Virus record (IMG/VR): IMGVR_UViG_3300028591_000123
Span: 32,001-96,000 of that record
From: a virus
Direction: 5' to 3' (one strand)
Length of the DNA stretch: 64,000 nucleotides
Positions 51,429 through 59,048 of the stretch are shown piece by piece. Each line of letters starts with the position of its first letter. Position 1 is the first letter of the stretch. Both the position numbers and the translations under genes were made by a program. The notes under the pieces were generated by a model. It was not told where the DNA came from and ran no database searches. It worked only from the letters and a program-made list of their open reading frames with translations.

Positions 51429-51869
51429 ATGAAAAACCGTGGAAAAATATACATGATGATGAACATCATCAATGGTAAAATATACATCGGACAAACAGTT
51501 CAGGATGTGGATACAAGATTCAAGCAACACTTGCTTGACGCTTATAATGAAAACAAGAGGGCTTACAACAACTGCCTGTCAAGAGGTGTCAGAAAATACG
51601 GGAAGGACGCGTTCAAAGTGGCTACAATTGCGGATGATGTTCCGGAGGAGGCTCTGGATCTTGTTGAAGAACATTATATCGATATGTATGGGAGCAATAA
51701 TAGTGAAATAGGATATAATGTCAGCCCTGGACATAATGATAATTCCGATTACTTGAAAAAAAGAGAGGAAGCTCCCGATTATGATTATTCTGAAAACGAA
51801 CAGGTTATAACCGATGACATACCTGATGACGAGGTGAACAAATGGATGAAAAGGATAAGCTTGAAATGA
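51429..51869 (+). CDS. GIY-YIG endonuclease (free-standing homing-type)
   Basis: IYMMMNIINGKIYIGQT...TRFKQH...EEHYI...GYN with catalytic R, E and N intact. Confidence 0.85.
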   Translation: MKNRGKIYMMMNIINGKIYIGQTVQDVDTRFKQHLLDAYNENKRAYNNCLSRGVRKYGKDAFKVATIADDVPEEALDLVEEHYIDMYGSNNSEIGYNVSPGHNDNSDYLKKREEAPDYDYSENEQVITDDIPDDEVNKWMKRISLK

Positions 51870-52009
51870 ATCTCAAGTATGTATTGAAGATGAAAAAAGT
51901 AGGAAACAGGGAAAAAGCCGTGAAGAACATAGCGAAGGCTCTGAACCGGTGCGACAAGACAGATGACGACTTAAAGGTCGCGATAACAATGATGGAGATG
52001 CTGTTATAA
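51866..52009 (+). CDS. Small hypothetical protein (47 aa)
   Basis: MNLKYVLKMKKVGNREKAVKNIAKALNRCDKTDDDLKVAITMMEMLL; ATGA and TAATG overlaps with both neighbours. Confidence 0.6.
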   Translation: MNLKYVLKMKKVGNREKAVKNIAKALNRCDKTDDDLKVAITMMEMLL

Positions 52010-53001
52010 TGGTGGACGCGGATAATGAGATGGTGAGCAAACGAAATTACGGATTGAAGAAAGAGAACAAGTTCATGCAGGAGGAAGAATCCGTTCATAG
52101 GTTCTGGGAAAGGACATATGGAAAAAGAAACACTCTGGCGCCGAGCCTTGACGTGGATGGATGGAAGCTGTGGTTCTGCAATTATCTCTTTGTGAGATGG
52201 GATGAGACCCCGTGCAAGGATATCCCATTTAAGGAGTCAAAGGTTGTTCAGGGGCAGGATTTCGTGGACAAGGTGCTGGAGCTGAACAAGTTCTTCATGT
52301 TCAACCCGATGGATTTCATCAAGGTCTACGAGTATCAGCATGACCTTGAAGCTATTCTCAGGCAATGCATTCAGAAACAGTTCAGGAGGAACAAGACGGG
52401 CAGGTTCTGCAAGATTGTCCCGGACAGGGAGGTTGTGATTCCGGCTCCGAAGACCAGCCTCATGTGCAGAAGCCTTAGTTTTCCATTGGTGGTGACAGAA
52501 GCCCTGGGTGAGCCCATGGTGGAGAGGATTGATGTCGACGCATTCGGCGACGGCGATTTCATCACAATCAATGGTGAGGTTGTGGATTGTGTCAGGATCA
52601 ATGACTTCTGGCTTGTTGACGAGCCTTTCAGCTTAAGGAAGAAGTTCCTCGGCAGGGCGAAGAGGGAATCAGGAACATATTATGTGTGCTGGAACTTCAA
52701 GCAGATGAGGGAGGCTGTCTTGATGATCGGCAGGGCGGACGTGTTCTGTTTCGAAGTCAGCCAGACCCCGAAGAATTATAACTGGTTCAGGCTCTGCGGG
52801 TCCTCATGGTACCTGGGCAACAGCAGGAACACTTTCCCCAAGGCGTATAATGTTCAAAGGAGCAATATAAAACTATATAAATATAATCTTGACGGTCAAA
52901 GACTCACTAAGAACCCATTGACTGGTGGACATAGGAGCTTTGATTATCATTCAATGAATGGGCTTCGGTACGTGATCGGGAAGCCACCATTAGGTGATTA
53001 A
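52009..53001 (+). CDS. Hypothetical protein
   Basis: 330-aa ORF, no recognised motif. Confidence 0.7.
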   Translation: MVDADNEMVSKRNYGLKKENKFMQEEESVHRFWERTYGKRNTLAPSLDVDGWKLWFCNYLFVRWDETPCKDIPFKESKVVQGQDFVDKVLELNKFFMFNPMDFIKVYEYQHDLEAILRQCIQKQFRRNKTGRFCKIVPDREVVIPAPKTSLMCRSLSFPLVVTEALGEPMVERIDVDAFGDGDFITINGEVVDCVRINDFWLVDEPFSLRKKFLGRAKRESGTYYVCWNFKQMREAVLMIGRADVFCFEVSQTPKNYNWFRLCGSSWYLGNSRNTFPKAYNVQRSNIKLYKYNLDGQRLTKNPLTGGHRSFDYHSMNGLRYVIGKPPLGD

Positions 53002-53039
53002 TAATAAAAACAGTAAAAAAAAGAAGAGATGGAAATCCT

Positions 53040-53076
53040 AGGCGGAGGCCACTTGTGGGCTTCCGCCTTTTTTTTT
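53040..53076 (+). terminator. Likely bidirectional terminator between convergent genes
   Basis: AGGCGGAGGCC...GGGCTTCCGCCT hairpin + T-run; A-runs on the left give T-runs on the minus strand. Confidence 0.7.
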
Positions 53077-53117
53077 CCACAAAAAAACAAAAAAAGGTAG
53101 TAATATGATAAAAATGA

Positions 53118-54590
53118 TTATCCGGGAACAACCCGGTCATAACGGGGGCTCATCAATGTCTCAACAAGGACATCATACGGGTCGAGCTTGTCGCTCATGA
53201 CCATTTTGAGCGTGTTCTGGGAGTAGCCGCTGACCAATGCGACTCCCATGTCATTGGTGCGGACGGGGATTGTCCCGGTTCGGCTGCTGACATTCCAGAA
53301 GACCAGGCGGGGCATCACATACCCATGCCTCTCGTATTTGGATTTGATCTCATCAAAGAGTGTCTTGTCAGGGCCGCCTGAGACCGCCTGGTTGAACTCC
53401 ATGTCGGAGATGACCAGTACGGATCCGGGCATGTCATCCTGTGTCATCTCATTATTGACGGCGGCGTCAAGGACGAGATCGAACACGGCCTCGATATTGG
53501 TGGATGAGCATTCCATGTACCTGGACATGATTCTCAATTTCTCATAGAGAGTGGCGTCCTCGGGGATTTTAATGAGCCGTGGGTGGGAGCTGAATGTGAT
53601 GAAATGATTCCTGAACTCACCACTATTATGCTCCGCCGTGTACAAGGCGAGACTGTTCGCGACAGTCAAAGGCAGAACCCCGGATAAGGCCCATGTCATG
53701 CTTCCGCTGCCGTCCGCGACAACCAGGACATCATCCACGAACACATCGGACAGGTTCTTCCACGCCAGCTCGAGAACATCATCCCGCTCATCAGGACTTC
53801 TGTGGCGGCCGACATACCTGTGAACCACATCCACCGGGGAAGCTACGGACATGTTGAAGTCCGCATCGCCATTGGAGACCTCGGAGAGGTAGCGGGCTCT
53901 TCGGGCAGGGTCGTGGCGCATAAAGGCATCACCATATTTGAGATTGGCCATTGAAGGCACTCGTTCATAATCGATCCCGGACCAGTCGCCGCTGCACATC
54001 CTTGATTCCACAACATCAATATAACCCCTTAAAGATGACAGGGTCTTCCGGTACTCCTTGAATGACAAGTCCAAAGCCTTAGCCAGCTTCCTCGCCAAAC
54101 GCTTAGACTCCATTGACGAAGCGTTCTCGCTCGGCATCCACTTCGCCAACAAGGAAACAGAACCACCACGCTCCATGCTGAGCAGGTCCAAGTCAAGCTG
54201 AGCGCCAATAATCCGCACCACAGCCTCATCAACAACAGAACCCATCACCCCAAACAAGGAAACCAGGTCATCCCACCTGCCATAAAAAGGAATATTAGTC
54301 AAGTTCGCCACGGCCGCCGGGACCGGCAAAGCCTTATAGCATTCACGGAAAAGCCTGCGTTCCCCCATGCCCATCCTGATGTCACGGGCATAAAAAAGCC
54401 ACCTCAACGCCAAGAGCGGATCATCATAGTACACCTCAAGGAAATAGTCCCTGATTTCATCGCCGGACCAGGCCCTCATCGAAGAAGCCATGAAGTTGAA
54501 ATCCACTATCAAAGACCCGGAAGTCGCGTGGCCTCGGGCCCCGTTCTCGGTTACTGATACGTCCAATTCTTTTTTTAATTCATCTAACAT
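53118..54590 (-). CDS. DUF2828 + vWA protein (TROVE/Ro60-like)
   Basis: Start MLDELKK with GGAGG RBS. VTENGA, LALRWLFYARDIRMGMGER, YGRWDDL, SLLAKWMPSE, VDYERVPS-like IDYERVPSMA, MIDAS DGSGS, STN, ISDMEF, LVFWNV, LVSGYS. Confidence 0.85.
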   Translation of the reverse strand: MLDELKKELDVSVTENGARGHATSGSLIVDFNFMASSMRAWSGDEIRDYFLEVYYDDPLLALRWLFYARDIRMGMGERRLFRECYKALPVPAAVANLTNIPFYGRWDDLVSLFGVMGSVVDEAVVRIIGAQLDLDLLSMERGGSVSLLAKWMPSENASSMESKRLARKLAKALDLSFKEYRKTLSSLRGYIDVVESRMCSGDWSGIDYERVPSMANLKYGDAFMRHDPARRARYLSEVSNGDADFNMSVASPVDVVHRYVGRHRSPDERDDVLELAWKNLSDVFVDDVLVVADGSGSMTWALSGVLPLTVANSLALYTAEHNSGEFRNHFITFSSHPRLIKIPEDATLYEKLRIMSRYMECSSTNIEAVFDLVLDAAVNNEMTQDDMPGSVLVISDMEFNQAVSGGPDKTLFDEIKSKYERHGYVMPRLVFWNVSSRTGTIPVRTNDMGVALVSGYSQNTLKMVMSDKLDPYDVLVETLMSPRYDRVVPG

Positions 54591-54605
54591 AATAATGAAA
54601 CCTCC

Positions 54606-54741
54606 AAGATGGCTCTGAAAAGTTTCCTGCTTTTTCATTAATGTTTGCTGTAGCCATCTTTGGTTCTGTGCTATGTCGCCAAGATTCATTCAATCAAAAT
54701 CTTTCAGTTATTTTAGTGTGTTTTTTTGCTGTATGAATCTT
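54606..54741 (-). ncRNA. Two tandem hairpins with conserved ACAGCAA in the DUF2828 leader
   Basis: AAGATTCAT-ACAGCAA...ATGAATCTT (54741-54681) and AAGATGGCT-ACAGCAA...AGCCATCTT (54660-54606): perfect 9-bp stems with compensatory differences. Confidence 0.7.
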
Positions 54742-54768
54742 TTGACACACATACTCTGTTTTTTATGC

Positions 54769-54776
54769 TATTTAAA
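54769..54776 (-). promoter_or_regulatory. TATA box for DUF2828 transcript
   Basis: TTTAAATA about 28 nt upstream of the first hairpin. Confidence 0.55.
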
Positions 54777-54964
54777 TGTTTCGTTTTTTCGTATGGGAAA
54801 AACGGAATGAAATTGTGAGAACACCACATTCATTGAAAGAAAGAGAAAGCCGATGTCCTTATTTTCACCCCCCTTATGGCTGGGTTGCGGTTCTTTTTTT
54901 GTTTTCGTTTATTGATTTTTTGGGGAAATTTTGTTGAATGTATGATACTTTTTCTGGCTCGTGT

Positions 54965-55052
54965 AATCTTTGTAGTTGTTGTTGGATTTAAAAACAGCAG
55001 CAGTTACAAGAGATTTAGATGTGATTGTTGCTGTTCGTATGGTAACAATTAC
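54965..55052 (+). ncRNA. Two long G-U-rich hairpins upstream of first early ORF
   Basis: TTGTAGTTGTTGTTG/CAGCAGCAGTTACAA and GTGATTGTTGCTGT-TCGT-ATGGTAACAATTAC pair fully only when G-U pairs are allowed on the + strand. Confidence 0.45.
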
Positions 55053-55076
55053 AATAAATTTTTAAATGGTGATAAT

Positions 55077-55262
55077 ATGTTTGAAGTAAATATGGAAGCC
55101 GTGAAAGCGGCAAATCAAGCACGCAAAATACTTGAAAAAGGTAGAAAAAACATGTCATACCACACAAGTATGGCGTTTGAAAATGAGATTGATGAGTGTG
55201 AAAAGACTGGTCAGACCAGCTGGATCAAGGTACTGATCAAGGAAATGAAGAAGTATTTATAA
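55077..55262 (+). CDS. Small early protein, family X copy 1 (61 aa)
   Basis: MFEVNMEAVK; GGTGA RBS. The track start at 54876 is unlikely. Confidence 0.75.
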   Translation: MFEVNMEAVKAANQARKILEKGRKNMSYHTSMAFENEIDECEKTGQTSWIKVLIKEMKKYL

Positions 55263-55328
55263 TACTCCTCATTGTTGAAATGACATGGTGAGTCTTAAAA
55301 ATCCAAAACAATTATTAATGGTGATAAT

Positions 55329-55514
55329 ATGTTTGAAGTAAATATGGAAGCTGTGAAAGCAGCAAATCAAGCACGCAAAATACTTGAAAAAGGTAGAAAA
55401 AACATGTCATACAACACAAGTATGGCGTTTGAAAATGAGATTGATGAGTGTGAAAAGACTGGTCAGACCAGTTGGATCAAGGTACTGATCAAGGAAATGA
55501 AGGAGTATTTATAA
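55329..55514 (+). CDS. Small early protein, family X copy 2
   Basis: Near-identical tandem duplicate with 252-bp period. Confidence 0.75.
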   Translation: MFEVNMEAVKAANQARKILEKGRKNMSYNTSMAFENEIDECEKTGQTSWIKVLIKEMKEYL

Positions 55515-55603
55515 TACTCCTCATTGTTGAAATGACATGGTGAGTCTTGAAAATCTGACATGGTGAGTCTTAAAAATCCAAAACAATTATTAATGGTGAT
55601 AAG

Positions 55604-55738
55604 ATGGATAAGAAGAAAGCTACAAAAACCTGGCAAAAAAATCAGGAAATCCTCTCTCTTAGAAGAGAAGAAGAGGATTATAAAAAGTCTTTTAAACTTA
55701 CCGCAGAAGCACGCAAACGCTTCTGTAGAGGCTTTTAA
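55604..55738 (+). CDS. Small basic protein, family Y copy 1 (44 aa)
   Basis: MDKKKATKTWQKNQEILSLRREEEDYKKSFKLTAEARKRFCRGF; GGTGA RBS; paralogue at 57222. Confidence 0.7.
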   Translation: MDKKKATKTWQKNQEILSLRREEEDYKKSFKLTAEARKRFCRGF

Positions 55739-56047
55739 AAGACAAATGGGTTCTTTGCCCTGGTTTCTTCCCAAGCGAGAATAGAAACCTTGAAGCTGTG
55801 AATTGTCTGTTCTGGTGATCCGTCATGGTTCGATTCCATGATACAGGCTTTAGGGGGTCTCAGCAAAACCCCCATAGCACATCAACCAAAAGGGGGAATC
55901 TCAAATTCCCCCTTCCTCCTTTCACCCATCAATGGTTTGATAATGGTGGTTCAATTCCATCAGATGGGTTTTATTGCATAAATGTCCATTAAAACAAGGA
56001 TTCGACATGGTGAGTCTTAAAAATCCAATGATAACAATGGTGATAAA

Positions 56048-56428
56048 ATGGAGTATAAAATAATATTCAACTCTGTTTACACACCTAATATGTGTGAACA
56101 GATTTGTGGAAATCATACCGATGACTTTGCAACTACTTGGGAAAACATTGATGAGTGTGTAAAAATGATTGAATCTTCCGTAAACCGATTCTATATAATC
56201 GGTTTTGGTTTTGTTGAAATCATAGGCAGTTTCGGCCATAAGGCCACTGCCGATTTTATCCTCTCAGAATATGGGATAAAAATCCCATTCGAGAGGATTA
56301 CAGTAAAAATGCAAAAAGGTTGGGTGATAGTCCCAGCGTATAGTGGAAAAAGACTCGAAGAAGGAGCGATTGAGTTACCAAAAGGGGCTAAATTAGTTCC
56401 AATGGTGACAATGGTGAATATGAAATAG
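56048..56428 (+). CDS. Hypothetical early protein
   Basis: 126 aa, GGTGA RBS, preceded by motif A. Confidence 0.7.
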   Translation: MEYKIIFNSVYTPNMCEQICGNHTDDFATTWENIDECVKMIESSVNRFYIIGFGFVEIIGSFGHKATADFILSEYGIKIPFERITVKMQKGWVIVPAYSGKRLEEGAIELPKGAKLVPMVTMVNMK

Positions 56429-56597
56429 GTGTTGAACTATCGACCTGGAGGATGTCAGTAAAAGCCTCATGTGATTAGATAGTCGAAAGAAGGATTTAAC
56501 GCCTTCCTTAAAAAGGCGTTAATGAATTGATGATGTTATGTCCTCATGACATCGTATGGAGGGGAATAATGAAATGAATTAACGAATTATAGATAGT

Positions 56598-56661
56598 TCC
56601 CTTGATGTCACAAAAAATTGTGACATCAGGGGTGAGCGGTTGAATGGGAGACGCGAAAAAA
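56598..56661 (+). repeat. 64-bp direct repeat copy 1 containing 15-bp inverted repeat
   Basis: CCCTTGATGTCACAA-AAAA-TTGTGACATCAGGGG + TGAG(C/T)GGTTGAATGGGAGACGCGAAAAAA; one mismatch versus 59855-59918. Confidence 0.85.
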
Positions 56662-56817
56662 AAGCATAAGATGTGTTGTTGAGTAAATGAACATTCGTGG
56701 TAAGTTTAAATAACAGATCATGGTTGTTCGTATGTAAAAAGATTGTTGAATTTTTTTGCGCTGATGATTCGGCATGAGATGTGCCTGATGAAGCGTGATC
56801 ATGTAGGAGGTGAAAAC

Positions 56818-57054
56818 ATGATCAGTAAAGAGAAAGTTAGGTTCATATCATTCACAAATATGGAAGATATAGAACTCATTTCTGAACTTCTCTATCGTTC
56901 ATTTAAATATCAGAACGAGAAAAAGTTCAGAAAGAATGAGCCAAAAATGAATCAGAAATCCTCTAACAAACTGGTATCTCAAAAATACCAGAATGTTAGC
57001 ATGAAAAAGGGAATTAATAAATCCGCATTATATTGCGGAAAAGTTAAATATTAA
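56818..57054 (+). CDS. Hypothetical protein (78 aa)
   Basis: AGGAGGTGA RBS before MISKEKV. Confidence 0.55.
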   Translation: MISKEKVRFISFTNMEDIELISELLYRSFKYQNEKKFRKNEPKMNQKSSNKLVSQKYQNVSMKKGINKSALYCGKVKY

Positions 57055-57221
57055 TCCTTTGATAATAGGTGTCTTTGTCCTGGTTTCCACCTATAAGCAA
57101 GAACAAGAAACCTTGAGATTGTAGATGCCTGTTCTGGTGACCCGTCATGGTTCGATTCCATGATACAGGCTTTGACATGGTGAGTCTTAAAAATCCAATA
57201 AAAACAAAAAAAGGTGATAAC

Positions 57222-57359
57222 ATGAAAATTACAGCAAATCAAAAAGATCAGCAAAATTGGAGAAAAACAAAAGAAATTCTCGATTTAAGGAAAAATCAAG
57301 AAGACTACAAGAAATCCTTCAGACTTACTGCGGAAGCCCGCAGACGTTTCTGCAGATGA
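57222..57359 (+). CDS. Small basic protein, family Y copy 2 (45 aa)
   Basis: MKITANQKDQQNWRKTKEILDLRKNQEDYKKSFRLTAEARRRFCR; AGGTGA RBS. Confidence 0.7.
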   Translation: MKITANQKDQQNWRKTKEILDLRKNQEDYKKSFRLTAEARRRFCR

Positions 57360-57521
57360 ACTGAATAATATGGGTTGTTTGACCTGGTTTCTCCCCAAGT
57401 GAGAATAGAAACCTTGAGTTGTTAACCGCCTGTTCTGGTGATTCAGTTATGGTTCGATTCCATGATACAGGCTTTGACATGGTGAGTCTTAAAAATCCGA
57501 AAAAACAAACAAGGTGAAACT

Positions 57522-57899
57522 ATGGACGAAAAAATCATGATAAAGGGTACCTATGGCACCATGTATGAAGATATAGAAACTGTAACCGAAGAAGTAACAA
57601 ACCAGTTTGGGGAAGAGTATCAAGTCTCTGCCCCTGGTCTGGCAGTATTGAACATCGCATCAAAGGACGAACCAAAACTCGGAGATGTCATTATGACATC
57701 AAGCAGTGAATTTGACGTTGATGCGTTAGAGTATGATTATTGTAATCTCAAAAGAGATTATTTTGAAAGCACAGTAATCGCAAAACTTCTTGATTTTGAC
57801 GGTACACATTATGTGCCGGAAAAATCCAGAAATGGTGGAAGGTATTTACACATATTTTGGGAAGTACTGGAGGTGAAAGCCTCTAATTACATTGAATAA
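57522..57899 (+). CDS. Early protein, family Z copy 1
   Basis: Paralogous to 58080..58481; identical 3' end. Confidence 0.75.
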   Translation: MDEKIMIKGTYGTMYEDIETVTEEVTNQFGEEYQVSAPGLAVLNIASKDEPKLGDVIMTSSSEFDVDALEYDYCNLKRDYFESTVIAKLLDFDGTHYVPEKSRNGGRYLHIFWEVLEVKASNYIE

Positions 57900-58079
57900 G
57901 TAGTCGAATTGAGTTCAAAACAGTAACTCATCCATGGTTGGCGTTGTAATGGTTCGATTCCATTAATGAGTTATCAAGTCCTATGAATTTTGTCATTATC
58001 ATAGGCTGGTGAGTCATGCATGCCAATAAACAAGGACAATCCCTGTCCAGCATGACAATAAAAAAAGGAGGGATTCTGA

Positions 58080-58481
58080 ATGACATATGAAGGTTTATCA
58101 ACCGGCAAAAAAATCACCTACAAAGGTAGGTACGGAACTGTGACCGAATCACAAGAGACTGTTGGGAAAGAAGTCTACAACGACTTCACAGAAGAGTGGT
58201 ATTTAGCTGAGGCAGTAAATGTCGATGAAATAGTCATAAGGTCTCAAGACCAAGTGGCTAAAGGAGATATTGTGATGACATCATCAGGGGAGTTCGATGT
58301 GGACGCCCTTAGAGGACATTATTCCCAGATGAACCATGACTGCTGGGAGAGCAGAGTTGTAGTGAGATTTAAGGAATTCAACGGGGATAATTACATTCCC
58401 GAGAAGTCCCACAATGGTGGAGCATATCTCCACACATTTTGGGAAGTACTGGAGGTGAAAGCCTCTAATTACATTGAATAA
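58080..58481 (+). CDS. Early protein, family Z copy 2
   Basis: GD(V/I)(I/V)MTSS.EFDVDAL...PEKS.NGG.YLH.FWEVLEVKASNYIE shared with copy 1. Confidence 0.75.
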   Translation: MTYEGLSTGKKITYKGRYGTVTESQETVGKEVYNDFTEEWYLAEAVNVDEIVIRSQDQVAKGDIVMTSSGEFDVDALRGHYSQMNHDCWESRVVVRFKEFNGDNYIPEKSHNGGAYLHTFWEVLEVKASNYIE

Positions 58482-58539
58482 GTAGTCGAATTGACATGGT
58501 GAGTCTTAAAAATCCGAAAACGAAACATTAGGTGAAAGT

Positions 58540-58770
58540 ATGAACGAGAGAAAAGAAATGGAAGAAACTTTGCAGGAAGCTGCAAGTTTCATCCAAAGTC
58601 TTAATAAAGATTTCCTCTTAGAGGAGATTGAATTAATCGGTCTCCTTATAGAGGAAATGAAAAAAGCATTGAATACAGGAAATACAAAAGGTGTCAAGAA
58701 AATAATGAGAAACATTCGCATCATCGGTGAGAACCAAGATTGGGCTCTCATCGAAGCCTACGAATGCTAG
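58540..58770 (+). CDS. Hypothetical early protein
   Basis: 76 aa, AGGTGA RBS, motif A upstream. Confidence 0.7.
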   Translation: MNERKEMEETLQEAASFIQSLNKDFLLEEIELIGLLIEEMKKALNTGNTKGVKKIMRNIRIIGENQDWALIEAYEC

Positions 58771-59048
58771 GTGTCTTTGCCCTGGTTTCCACCTAAACAA
58801 GAAAAAGAAACCTTGAAGCTGTGAATTGCCTGTTCTGGTGATTCAGTCATGGTTCGATTCCATGATACAGGCTTTAGGGGGTCTCAACAAACCCCCAATG
58901 GCACATCCAAATCCATTAACATATCTACGTCCTATGGTTAGGAATAAGATTGGTTCGATTCCAACACGTAGATATCGGGTGTATCATATTCGCCTATAAA
59001 TAAGTTTCTTATGCACCGGAAACATATGATAAAATTAAAAGGAGGTGC

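Larger units (their letters stand above)
9872..51429 (-). promoter_or_regulatory. Putative late promoter 17-mer TAAYTAATMTTTAWATW, 5 copies
   Basis: 9872-9888 and 39884-39900 (identical), 19015-19031, 47759-47775, 51413-51429; each upstream of a structural or lysis gene start. Confidence 0.55.
55747..58872 (+). repeat. ~100-nt composite element (pseudoknot + tRNA-like), 4 copies
   Basis: 55747-55848, 57065-57170, 57371-57472, 58768-58872; copies 1 and 4 continue with a GGGGGT...ACCCCC hairpin (about 55851-55883, 58875-58907). Confidence 0.88.
55805..58975 (+). ncRNA. Seven anticodon-less tRNA-like (acceptor stem + D-like loop + T-arm) elements
   Basis: 55805-55848, 55924-55969, 57127-57170, 57428-57472, 57924-57973, 58828-58872, 58921-58975; each has a closing stem, a TGGT loop and GG-TTC(G/A)ATT-CC T-arm. 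Confidence 0.75.

Noticed and set aside
54876-55076. N-terminal extension of the 128-aa ORF 54876..55262
   Set aside because: The duplicate at 55329 and the RBS show the real start is 55077; the upstream part is the hairpin-rich leader.
55736-58812. Pseudoknots as stop-codon read-through signals
   Set aside because: Copy 1 has an 8-nt spacer after TAA, but other copies are at 10, 11 and 0 nt, stop codons differ, and no shared downstream reading frame was evident.
55805-58975. Canonical tRNA genes
   Set aside because: T-arms are present, but there is no anticodon stem-loop and the units are only ~45-55 nt.
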